Assembly: GCA_963663895.2 (NCBI GenBank)
Contig: CAXXRD010000002.1
Span: 704,001-768,000, forward strand
Source: Dehalococcoidia bacterium
GTDB taxonomy: Bacteria > Chloroflexota > Dehalococcoidia > Bin125
Length of the DNA stretch: 64,000 bases
Direction: 5' to 3'
This document shows positions 48,915 to 57,284 of the stretch, piece by piece (the stretch's first letter is position 1; each line of letters begins with the position of its first letter). Under the pieces are notes generated by a model. The model was not told the DNA's origin. It did no database searches and saw nothing but the letters and a program-made list of their open reading frames with translations. The position numbers and the translations under genes are program-made.

Positions 48915-49237
48915 GCCAGATCGTCCTTCAGCGGCGTCTTACCGGGCGGCAGCGAGAAGAAGTTGCAGAAGCAGGTCCCTTCGAAGTCGACCAGCCCGTT
49001 CGCGACTGGCGGACAGACGCACAGTGTCTCCTCGGTGTTGCCGGGCTGGCAGGGGCAGTAGAAGCGCCCGAACTGCAGCCGCATGTTCACGAAGTCCTCG
49101 ATCGTCTGGTCCGCGTTGGTGAGGACGTAGCCGCGCTCCTCGCAGAAGCGGGCGGCCAGATCGGCCATCTCGCGGCGGTAGCGCTCCCGCAGGGCGCGCT
49201 CCTCCTCCGGCGCGCGTTCGGGGGGCACGCCGCTCAC
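48911..49237 (-). CDS. ferredoxin:thioredoxin reductase catalytic-subunit-like protein
   Basis: FGRFYCPC...LCVCP...GTCFCNFF three-CxC pattern; GTG start overlaps the pepA stop. Confidence 0.8.
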   Translation of the reverse strand: MSGVPPERAPEEERALRERYRREMADLAARFCEERGYVLTNADQTIEDFVNMRLQFGRFYCPCQPGNTEETLCVCPPVANGLVDFEGTCFCNFFSLPPGKTPLKDDLA

Positions 49238-50745
49238 GCCGCTCCCTTCGCGCGGCCCAGGGCGAACTCGATCAGCGTCCGCACGGCGACGCCGGTCGCG
49301 CCCTTCACCAGCACGCCCTGGTCCTTGTCGCTGTCGTCGGTGCCGGCGATGTCGAGGTGCGCCCAGGGGGTTTCGCCCGCGAACTTGGCGAGGAACTTGG
49401 CGGCGGTGATGGCGCCCCCGTAGCGGCCGCCGGTGTTCTTCACGTCGGCGATGCGGCTCTTGATCTTCTCGTCGTACTCCTCGTACATCGGCAGCTGCCA
49501 CAGGCGCTCGCCGCCCCGCCGCCCCGCCGCGATCACCTCCTGCGCTAGATCGTCGTCGTTCGCCATCAGCCCCGAGGCGACGTCGGCCAGGGCGACGGCG
49601 CAGGCGCCCGTCAGCGTCGCGACGTCGATGAGCGGCGACAGGCGCATGTGATTCGCGTAGGAGAGCGCGTCGGCGAGGATGAGGCGGCCCTCGGCGTCCG
49701 TGTTGAGCACCTCGATCGAGGTGCCGTTCATCGCCGTGAGCACGTCGCCTGGCTTGATCGCGCTGCCGCCGGGCATGTTCTCGGTCGCCGGCACGATCGC
49801 GGTGGCGTTCACCGGCGCCTGCAGCCGCGCCAGGGCGACCGTGGCGGCGATGACCGCGCCGCCCCCGCTCATGTCCTGCTTCATGGCCGCCATGTTGGCG
49901 GCGGGCTTGATGGAGATGCCGCCGGTGTCGAAGGTGACCCCCTTGCCCACGAAGCCGATCCCGGGCTCCTCGCCCCCGCCGCGGTGGCGCAGGACGATGA
50001 ATTGGGGAGGCTCGTGCGATCCCTGCGCGACCCCCAGGAAAGCGCCCATCCCCAGTGCCGTGATGGCGTCGCGATCCAGGATCTCGCAGTCGAGACCGCT
50101 CTCCTCGGCGCAGGCCCGCGCGCGCTGCGCGAACTCCCGCGGGGTGAGCACGTTGCTGGGCTCGTTCGCGAAGTCGCGCGAGAGGTTGGCGGCCTCGGCG
50201 ATCACCCGTCCCAGGTCGCGGCCCCGCTCCAGCGCGGCCCCGTCGGCGCCCAGCAGCAGCAGCCGGTCCAAGGCGTGGCGCGGCTCCGCCCTCTCCGAGC
50301 GATAGCGGTCGAAGCGATAGAGGCCGAGCAGGGCGCCTTCGGTCGCCGCGCGGGCCAGATCCTCCGGCGGCAGCGCTCCGAGGGCTGGGCCGTCGAGCGC
50401 CAGCGCCAGGCTCCCGTCGGAGAGGGCGCGGGCCTGCCGCGCCGCCGCGGCGACGGTCCCGCGGACCCGGTCGCGATCGACGCCGTCCGCCTGGCCGAGG
50501 CCGGCGAGGATGACGCGGCGCACGGGCAGCCGGCCCAGGGCGTGGACGACGACCAGCTCGCCCTTGCGCCCGCTCAGCTCGCCCTCCGCGACGAGGGCGC
50601 TGAGGGCGCCGTCCAGCGCCGCGTCCACGGCGGCGGCCGGGCCCGCGGCGGGCAAGGCGGCGCGCTGGTCGATGAGGAGCAGCAGGGAGGTGGCGCGAAC
50701 AGCGGTTGGCGCTGCCGCCGCGACGTCGATGGTGAGTGGATCCAC
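49234..50745 (-). CDS. pepA: leucyl aminopeptidase (M17)
   Basis: GKGVTFDTGG, MKQDMSG, NTDAEGRL, ATLTGA, WAHLDIAG. Confidence 0.96.
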   Translation of the reverse strand: MDPLTIDVAAAAPTAVRATSLLLLIDQRAALPAAGPAAAVDAALDGALSALVAEGELSGRKGELVVVHALGRLPVRRVILAGLGQADGVDRDRVRGTVAAAARQARALSDGSLALALDGPALGALPPEDLARAATEGALLGLYRFDRYRSERAEPRHALDRLLLLGADGAALERGRDLGRVIAEAANLSRDFANEPSNVLTPREFAQRARACAEESGLDCEILDRDAITALGMGAFLGVAQGSHEPPQFIVLRHRGGGEEPGIGFVGKGVTFDTGGISIKPAANMAAMKQDMSGGGAVIAATVALARLQAPVNATAIVPATENMPGGSAIKPGDVLTAMNGTSIEVLNTDAEGRLILADALSYANHMRLSPLIDVATLTGACAVALADVASGLMANDDDLAQEVIAAGRRGGERLWQLPMYEEYDEKIKSRIADVKNTGGRYGGAITAAKFLAKFAGETPWAHLDIAGTDDSDKDQGVLVKGATGVAVRTLIEFALGRAKGAA

Positions 50746-50835
50746 GGCTTCCCGCCTTGCCGGGGATCGTAACACGCCCCCGCCTCGGCTCGGCGATGCT
50801 TTGGACGCGCGCCAGCCCCCCGCTACGGTGTGGGA

Positions 50836-51639
50836 ATGACCGAAGCCGCGCTCCGCCTCGGCCGTCGCGCCTGCGCCCTGCACACGCGCCGCTGGGCGCC
50901 CTTCGCCTGGGAGGTGGCGATCGTGGCGGCGGGGGCGGGCCTCTACTTCCTGATCCGGGGCGCGGTCAGCGGCCGGGCGGCGGAGGCGCTGGAGCGGGCG
51001 GCGGACCTGGCCGCCATCGAGCGCGGGCTGGGGATCTATTGGGAACCGGCGATGCAGGGCTGGATCCTGGAGTCGCGCGCGCTGATCGAGCTCTGCAACG
51101 CGCTCTACTTCTGGACGCACATGCCGGTGATCATCGCCGTGGCGCTGTGGCTGTTCGCGCGCCATCGCGCCGTCTACCGCTTCACCCGCAGCGCCTTCCT
51201 CGGCTCGGCGGCGATCGGGCTGGCGATCTACTACGCGCTCCCCACGGCTCCGCCGCGGCTGCTGCCGGAAGCGGGCCTGCTCGACACGATGGCGCTCTAC
51301 AGCCAGCTGTCCTACCAGGCCCAGGAGGTCGGCCCCTTCGTCAACGCCTACGCGGCCCTTCCAAGCCTGCACTTCGGCTGGGCGCTGCTCATCGCCATGG
51401 CCCTCTGGCTGGCGCGCCCCCGCGGGCGCCGCGGCGCCCTGCTGGCGGTGGCGCTGGGGGGGCTGCTCGTGCTGGGACAGGGGATCAGCATCGTGGTGAC
51501 CGGCAACCACTTCCTGCTCGACGCCGTCGCGGGCGCGGCCGTCGCCGGCCTGGGCGTCCTCGCCGCGCTGGGGTGGCGTTGCTATCGTGGCTCCGGGGAA
51601 GCGACGACGGTCGGAGAAAGGAAAAGCGCGTGGCCATGA
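50836..51639 (+). CDS. PAP2-superfamily membrane protein (IPC-synthase-like)
   Basis: PTAPPRL, NAYAALPSLHFGW, TGNHFLLD. Confidence 0.85.
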   Translation: MTEAALRLGRRACALHTRRWAPFAWEVAIVAAGAGLYFLIRGAVSGRAAEALERAADLAAIERGLGIYWEPAMQGWILESRALIELCNALYFWTHMPVIIAVALWLFARHRAVYRFTRSAFLGSAAIGLAIYYALPTAPPRLLPEAGLLDTMALYSQLSYQAQEVGPFVNAYAALPSLHFGWALLIAMALWLARPRGRRGALLAVALGGLLVLGQGISIVVTGNHFLLDAVAGAAVAGLGVLAALGWRCYRGSGEATTVGERKSAWP

Positions 51640-51950
51640 TCATGAGCACCGCCGATTCAGTGCCGGGACGGGAGATCGCGGAGACGATGGGCCTGGTGAC
51701 GGGGAGCACCGTGCGCGCGCGCCACGTCGGGCGCGACGTGCTGGCCGGCCTCAAGCAGATCGTCGGCGGCGAGATCGGGGCCTACGAGAAGCTGCTGCAG
51801 GAGAGCCGCGCGCAGGCGCTTGTCCGGCTCGAGGAGGCGGCCGCGGCCATGGGAGCGGACGCGGTCGTGGCGCTGCGCCTGACCACGAGCGCCATCGCGC
51901 AGGGATCGGCGGAGGTGCTGGCCTACGGCACCGCGGTCAAGCTCCGGTAA
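51636..51950 (+). CDS. YbjQ/UPF0145 family protein
   Basis: GLVTGSTVRARHVGRD..AGLKQIVGGE...GADAVV...AYGTAV. Confidence 0.9.
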   Translation: MIMSTADSVPGREIAETMGLVTGSTVRARHVGRDVLAGLKQIVGGEIGAYEKLLQESRAQALVRLEEAAAAMGADAVVALRLTTSAIAQGSAEVLAYGTAVKLR

Positions 51951-51966
51951 GACGCCCAGTAAGACG

Positions 51967-52314
51967 CTAGCCCCAATGGCGCTGGCTGGCGAGCGCCGCC
52001 AGGGGAGCGAGGACCTCCACGCTGAGCTCGGTCAGGTCGCCCTGCCAGCGGTCCCAATCCGCGCGCGCCCGCGCCGCCTCGGCGGAGGAGAAGGCGGTCT
52101 GCACCGACTCCTCGCTCTCCAGCTCGTAGACCATCAGGTGCTCCCCGGGCAGCGCCCGCGGCGGCCGCGCCCGGAAGGCGGAGACGATGCCGGGGATCTC
52201 CAGCACCAGCGGCAGGTGGGTGCCGCGGTGCCAGCGCTCGAACTCCTCCAGCACGCCCGGGTTGACCTGCGCGCGCACGACGAGGAGGGGCCGGCTGCTC
52301 TGGGGGGCGTCCAT
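51967..52314 (-). CDS. dimeric alpha-beta barrel protein (EthD/DUF4286-like)
   Basis: EEFERWH..THLP.VL.IPG..SA.R...LMVYELES. Confidence 0.65.
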   Translation of the reverse strand: MDAPQSSRPLLVVRAQVNPGVLEEFERWHRGTHLPLVLEIPGIVSAFRARPPRALPGEHLMVYELESEESVQTAFSSAEAARARADWDRWQGDLTELSVEVLAPLAALASQRHWG

Positions 52315-52515
52315 GCGGGGATGGTAGGGCCGCTTCTACTTGGCGGCGACCTCGGCGTATCACCTAGCTGCGCCAGTGGCTCGATTCGACTAACCTGGAG
52401 AAGCTGACTACTCAGCGCTCGACCGAGTTGAGATCTTGGCGGGTCTACTCGGGAGCGCTAGGCTGCCGCCATTCTGGCAAGCAGTAGCTTACCAGAAAGG
52501 CAGGGCGTGCGCGAC

Positions 52516-53190
52516 ATGGCAGGGTCAGCTGCACCAGAGCTATGGGAAAAGCGCCTATACATTCCTTCCTACACTAGGAAGGCTGCGGCGCATTACGCAA
52601 AAGTTCATCCAAACACCGTGTCGTATTGGCATTCCGGAAGAACCGCTGGACCAACGCTGCCAGACAGGAGGCCAAGAGTCCCACTTTCCTATTTACAGCT
52701 GATTGAGGTCGCATTCGTTGCACAGTTCAGAAGGCTTGGCGTCAAGTTGCGCGCACTGAGGGAGGCACATGGCTACCTTTCTCAGACGTTCGAGACAGAG
52801 TTCCCATTCGCAACGCAAAAGCTAGAAACGGATGGCGTTCATATCTTCCTCGCCATTGCGGAATACGAGGGGCTTGGCTCTATTAAGAGGGCCATTGCTG
52901 CCGATCGGGAGGGGCAAGTCTGGGAGAATCTAATGCGTGAGAAGTTTCACGAATTTGATTACGAAGACGGTGTGGCGATCCGATGGCATGTAGACGGCAG
53001 AGATTCTTGTATCGCCATCGACCCGCGCGTTGCCTTTGGTGCCCCTATGGTCAAAGGAACGCCGACATGGGTGGTTTGTGGTCGTAAGAAGGCTGGGGAG
53101 AGCATTTCTGAGATCGGCGAGAATTTCAATCTGACGACTCGTGAGGTTCGTGAAATGCTCCGCTTCGAGGGCATTCCCCTTGCCGCGTGA
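52516..53190 (+). CDS. HTH plus DUF433 antitoxin (VapB45-like)
   Basis: YTRKAAAHY HTH, LSYLQLIE, IDPRVAFGAP DUF433 motif; overlaps the toxin start (GTGA). Confidence 0.82.
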   Translation: MAGSAAPELWEKRLYIPSYTRKAAAHYAKVHPNTVSYWHSGRTAGPTLPDRRPRVPLSYLQLIEVAFVAQFRRLGVKLRALREAHGYLSQTFETEFPFATQKLETDGVHIFLAIAEYEGLGSIKRAIAADREGQVWENLMREKFHEFDYEDGVAIRWHVDGRDSCIAIDPRVAFGAPMVKGTPTWVVCGRKKAGESISEIGENFNLTTREVREMLRFEGIPLAA

Positions 53191-53558
53191 TCTTCTTCTG
53201 CGACCGGACTTTCGGGAAAAACTTCGCTCGAACTCTTGGTTTCGAATGGCACGACGATCATTTTCCACAGGACACACAAGATGACCACTGGCTCTCGGTT
53301 ATCGGCGAGAGAAATTGGATCGCACTGAGTCAGGACTATCGACTACATCGCCAGCAGCTTCGCCGCGAAGCCATTCGGCAGCACCGTGTTGGGCTCTTCT
53401 ACGTTTGGGGTGCGCAAGCCCCTGCGGAGGAATCGCTGGCGGTGTTTAGGCAAGCATTTGGGCGGATTTGTGACATAGCAGAGACAGTCGATCGCCCCTT
53501 CATCTATCGCGTACAGAAGAATGCTCGCTTGATGCAGGTGAAACTGGCGGATCAATGA
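53187..53558 (+). CDS. PIN-like toxin (VapC45/DUF5615-like)
   Basis: FFCDRTFG, QDDHWL..IG...W, LSQD acidic PIN residues. Confidence 0.82.
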   Translation: MIFFCDRTFGKNFARTLGFEWHDDHFPQDTQDDHWLSVIGERNWIALSQDYRLHRQQLRREAIRQHRVGLFYVWGAQAPAEESLAVFRQAFGRICDIAETVDRPFIYRVQKNARLMQVKLADQ

Positions 53559-53618
53559 TGCTGTGGAAGAGACGGCGGGCTGCCTGCTAGCTGCTGGCAG
53601 TGGGAAACGGACTTCTAG

Positions 53619-56525
53619 CTACCCCGCCCGCTCCAGGTTCAGCGCCAGCAGCCGCGCCAGCAGTTCCTCCTCGCCCAGCTCCGGGGGCGGCTCGGGCCAG
53701 CCGTAGGCGGCGAAGACGGCCGCGTCGAGATCGGCGTGGAGGTTGGCGAGCCAGGCGGGGCGGTCGTTGTAGAGGTTGGTCAGCGTGCGCTTCGCCAGCT
53801 TCTTGGCGGCGGCCTCGTCCACCGGCAGCAGGCGCGGGGGGAGCGAGGGCAGCACGTCGGGCTCCTCGCGCACCCACTCCGGCGGGTTGAGCCAGCGCCG
53901 CCGCGCCTCATCCAGCGCCCGCGCCGCTTGGCCGATGGCGTCGCGCTGCCCGCGCTGATCCGCCGTCAGCGCTTCGTCGGGCGTGTCGAGCGGCCAGGGG
54001 AAGGGGAACGTCTCGAACGTCGAGGACGGCGTGTAGCGCGGGTCGTTGCCGACGCCGAGCCAGGTCCCCGTCCGCAGTGACCACAACTCGTGCGCGCGGG
54101 CGTGCAGCACGCCAAACGTGTAATTGTCATCGCGCGCAAAGACGAGCAATGCGTGATCTGGCAGCGTGGGTGCCGACAACCAAACGAAGAGACGATGTTT
54201 CGCAACTCCAGGCGTCGCGATAAATCGAGAGAGCGGAGCCAGAGCGGCCCGCATGGCTGGCCGCGGCTCGACGTGCTGCCACCATCGCTCCCGATAAGCT
54301 TTTCGGCGATTCTCCGCGCGTACTGGCTGGACAAGCCTTTTCACATGCTCAAATGGGGCCTCATAGGAAGCGGCTTCGGACTCGGCCAGGTCCGTGCCGA
54401 AGTCGATGATGAACATGCCACGCGGACGGCGGCTGATATCCATCGCGTTCATCCATGGCACGACCACGTCGGCGTTGGGGCGGCCGTTGATGTTCGCCGG
54501 GAGCGACAGCATCTCGCGCGCAAGGTCGCCGGGAATCTCGAATGATCCGCCCTTCGTATCGGCCATAAAGGAGACGCCCCGGTTCTCCGGAAGGGCACGG
54601 GCCTGCGTGAGGTCGATGTCGGCCGTCAGATCGCTGTTGATGCCGCCGACTGGCTGGCCGTCGAGCGCACGCTTCGTCTCCGAGCCGTCATCCTGCCCGA
54701 CGATCGAGACGCGCACGGCGGCGCCCTCGACGATCCACGGCTCGTCCGGCCAGGCCATGAAGAGGTCGCCGCTCTCCTTGATGCGGTCCAGGACTCGGCG
54801 ATTCGCGCCGCCGCGCACGGAGTTCGTCGCCAGCAGCCCGGCGCGCTTCGCAGCACCGCTGGCGATCTGCTGGCGGGCGAGTTCGTGCCAATAGCACACG
54901 AGATCTGACTCCTGAGAGACTGAGCCTTCCCAGGACGCGAACAGGTCGTCAACGTACTCGTCGCCGAGTGAGCCCCGCAGCCGCTTATTCCCTAAGAAGG
55001 GCGGGTTGCCGACGATGAACTCGGCCTCCGGCCAGGCCGCCGGGACGGGCGCGCCCCCGGCGTCGCGGGCGAGGATCGCGTCGCGCCGCTCGATGCTGTC
55101 GAGCGGCTGCAGCACCGGCTTCTCGGGGAAGCCGTAGCCGTGGTCCCGCATCCACTGGATCTGGCCGATCCAGATCGAGACGCCCGCCAGCTCCTTGGCG
55201 TAGGGGCTGATCTCGATGCCGATCACGTTGTACGGCCCCACCTGCGGGAACTCCTCGGTGATGCCCAGCCGCTCTCCGCCCCAGCGGATCGTCTCCCGTT
55301 CCAGGTCCTTGAGCAGCCGCAGCGTTACGTAGAGGAAGTTGCCCGAGCCGCAGGCCGGGTCGAGCACGCGCACCGCGCGCAGCCGCTCCAGGAAGGCGCG
55401 CCACTCGCTCTCGGCGCTTCGCTCCCAGGCGGGCAGCCGCACGCGGCGGCGGCCGTCGCGGGTGGGCGGACTCGGCTTGCGGCCCGCCATCAGCGCGTCG
55501 ACCCGCTCTCGCATCGCCCCGAACTCGCGGCGCAGCGGTTCGAGAACGACCGGCTCCACGACCATCAGGATCTTGGCGCGGTCGGTGTAGTGCGCGCCGA
55601 GCTGCCCGCGCCTGTCGGGGTCGAGCCCGCGCTCGAAGAGCGTGCCCAGGATGGCGGGCTCCACCTGCGACCAGTCGAGCGCGGAGGCGGCGCCGACGGC
55701 GCGCAGCTCATCGCGGGTGAAGGCCAGCGCCGCGGCGTCGTCGAAGAGCCCGCCGTTGAACCAGGCGATGCGCTGCGTGCCGAAATAGCCGCCCCGGTCC
55801 GCCATCAGGCGGAACAGCTCCGAGAGCCCGGCCGTGAACGCCGCGGGATCGTCGGCGCGCGACGCGATCAGGTCGCTCATGATCCGGCGCGGCAGCAGGC
55901 CGGCGTCCTCGGCGAAGAGGCAGAACAGCACGCGGTTGAGGAAGTGCGCCACGGTCTCGGGATGGTGCCCCCGTTCCTGCATCGAGCCTGCGATCTCGGC
56001 GAAGCGGGAGGCGGCGGCCCGCGTGACCTCGTCGGGCGTCTGCTTGGGACGCAGCGCCTCGGGCTCGTGCATCACGGCGCGGAGGATGCGCAGCGCCCCG
56101 GCGGGGTCCTCGGCCAGGTCGTCGAGGGTGACGGTATGGACGGCGGGCTGGGTGTTGGTGAAGTTGGTGTGGACCTCGATCACGTCCATGTCGCTGACGA
56201 CGAGCGCGGGCGGGTTCTCAAGGTCCTCGCGGTAGTCGAGCAGCTGGCGGTAGGCGGCGGCCAGGTCGGCGTGGGCGCCCTTGTACTCCCAGCCGAAGCA
56301 GCCGCGCTTCCAGACGTCGGCCCAGCCCTGTCCGCCGGTGCTGAGACGCTCTGCGCCCGCCTCAAAGGTGTAGTCGGGGCTGGACGGGGGATCGTTGGGC
56401 GTGGGCACGCCCAGCAGGCGGCAGAGGTCGATGAAGTGCTCCTGCGATGAGGCGCGCTCGCGGCGGGCGTTGTCCTTCCACTTGGCCGCGAAGGCGGCGG
56501 CGGAGATGCCGGGCGTTGCGGTCAT
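53619..56525 (-). CDS. MmeI-like Type IIL restriction-modification fusion (nuclease-like domain, N6-adenine MTase, TRD)
   Basis: ADVWKRGCFGWEYK, FNGGLF, GAHYT, DPACGSGNF (motif I), GNPPF (motif IV), RYTPS..FETFPFP. Confidence 0.88.
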   Translation of the reverse strand: MTATPGISAAAFAAKWKDNARRERASSQEHFIDLCRLLGVPTPNDPPSSPDYTFEAGAERLSTGGQGWADVWKRGCFGWEYKGAHADLAAAYRQLLDYREDLENPPALVVSDMDVIEVHTNFTNTQPAVHTVTLDDLAEDPAGALRILRAVMHEPEALRPKQTPDEVTRAAASRFAEIAGSMQERGHHPETVAHFLNRVLFCLFAEDAGLLPRRIMSDLIASRADDPAAFTAGLSELFRLMADRGGYFGTQRIAWFNGGLFDDAAALAFTRDELRAVGAASALDWSQVEPAILGTLFERGLDPDRRGQLGAHYTDRAKILMVVEPVVLEPLRREFGAMRERVDALMAGRKPSPPTRDGRRRVRLPAWERSAESEWRAFLERLRAVRVLDPACGSGNFLYVTLRLLKDLERETIRWGGERLGITEEFPQVGPYNVIGIEISPYAKELAGVSIWIGQIQWMRDHGYGFPEKPVLQPLDSIERRDAILARDAGGAPVPAAWPEAEFIVGNPPFLGNKRLRGSLGDEYVDDLFASWEGSVSQESDLVCYWHELARQQIASGAAKRAGLLATNSVRGGANRRVLDRIKESGDLFMAWPDEPWIVEGAAVRVSIVGQDDGSETKRALDGQPVGGINSDLTADIDLTQARALPENRGVSFMADTKGGSFEIPGDLAREMLSLPANINGRPNADVVVPWMNAMDISRRPRGMFIIDFGTDLAESEAASYEAPFEHVKRLVQPVRAENRRKAYRERWWQHVEPRPAMRAALAPLSRFIATPGVAKHRLFVWLSAPTLPDHALLVFARDDNYTFGVLHARAHELWSLRTGTWLGVGNDPRYTPSSTFETFPFPWPLDTPDEALTADQRGQRDAIGQAARALDEARRRWLNPPEWVREEPDVLPSLPPRLLPVDEAAAKKLAKRTLTNLYNDRPAWLANLHADLDAAVFAAYGWPEPPPELGEEELLARLLALNLERAG

Positions 56526-56667
56526 GCGCTCCTCGTCTGCGGCCGTGCGGCGCCTGCGGCCGCTGGTTCCATTGTGAGCCGTGCCGCTCCCTGCGGCAGC
56601 AAAATCTTCCTGAGACACAGAGCCGCGGTGTTCGCGCAAACGGCGTTATGCTACGGTTCTTCCCGCA

Positions 56668-56704
56668 GCGGCAGCTCGGGCAGGTACGAAGCCGGGAGCG
56701 CCGC
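56668..56704 (+). promoter_or_regulatory. structured rpsO leader hairpin (possible S15 autoregulatory RNA)
   Basis: GCGGC-A-GCTC...GAGC-GCCGC stem with inner GGC/GCC helix, ending 25 nt before the rpsO start. Confidence 0.4.
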
Positions 56705-56729
56705 GCCCCGCGACCCTTGCAGGATGTGA

Positions 56730-56996
56730 ATGCTGACGCGCAAGGAAAAAGACGAGGTCATCCGCGAGTACCGTCTCCATGAGACGGATACCGGCTCTCC
56801 TGAGGTCCAGGTGGCGACGCTGACGGCGCGCATCAACCGCCTCACCGAGCATCTGCGGGAGCACACGCACGATCACAGCACCCGCCGGGGACTGCTCAAG
56901 CTGGTCGGCCAGCGGCGCCGGCAGCTGGGCTACCTCAACAAGACGGATGTGGGGCGCTATCGCAACCTCATCGCCAGTCTCGGCCTCCGCAAGTAG
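56730..56996 (+). CDS. rpsO: 30S ribosomal protein S15
   Basis: [31 protein letters not shown]. Confidence 0.98.
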   Translation: MLTRKEKDEVIREYRLHETDTGSPEVQVATLTARINRLTEHLREHTHDHSTRRGLLKLVGQRRRQLGYLNKTDVGRYRNLIASLGLRK

Positions 56997-57284
56997 CGGC
57001 GGCGCGGCGGGGCCGTCGCATACTGAATCGGAGCGATGGCCGCGGGGAGACATAGGAAGCGGAAAGCCGCTCGGGACGCACGGCGCGACAGCCGTCCCCA
57101 AACCGTCCGAGCGTGCGAGGAAACGGTCCGTGAGCAGGCGCCGGCTCCCTCGGGGAGGTCAAGACCGAGCCGCGCCCCGGAGCTAACCCCTAGGTAAGAA
57201 GGCGGGCGCGCGGCGGGGCCGCGAGCGCCCCCAGACGGAGGCAGATCGAAGAGGGCCCGGCGCGAACGTCCGGGTCGGAAAGGC

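Noticed and set aside
49234-51510. 758-aa ORF suggesting a PepA N-terminal fusion
   Set aside because: Extension is antisense to the PAP2 gene; the likely start is GTG 50745
57115-57135. GAGGAAACGGTCC resembling the RNase P RNA GAGGAAAGUCC motif
   Set aside because: Motif interrupted and no matching 3' P4 strand seen
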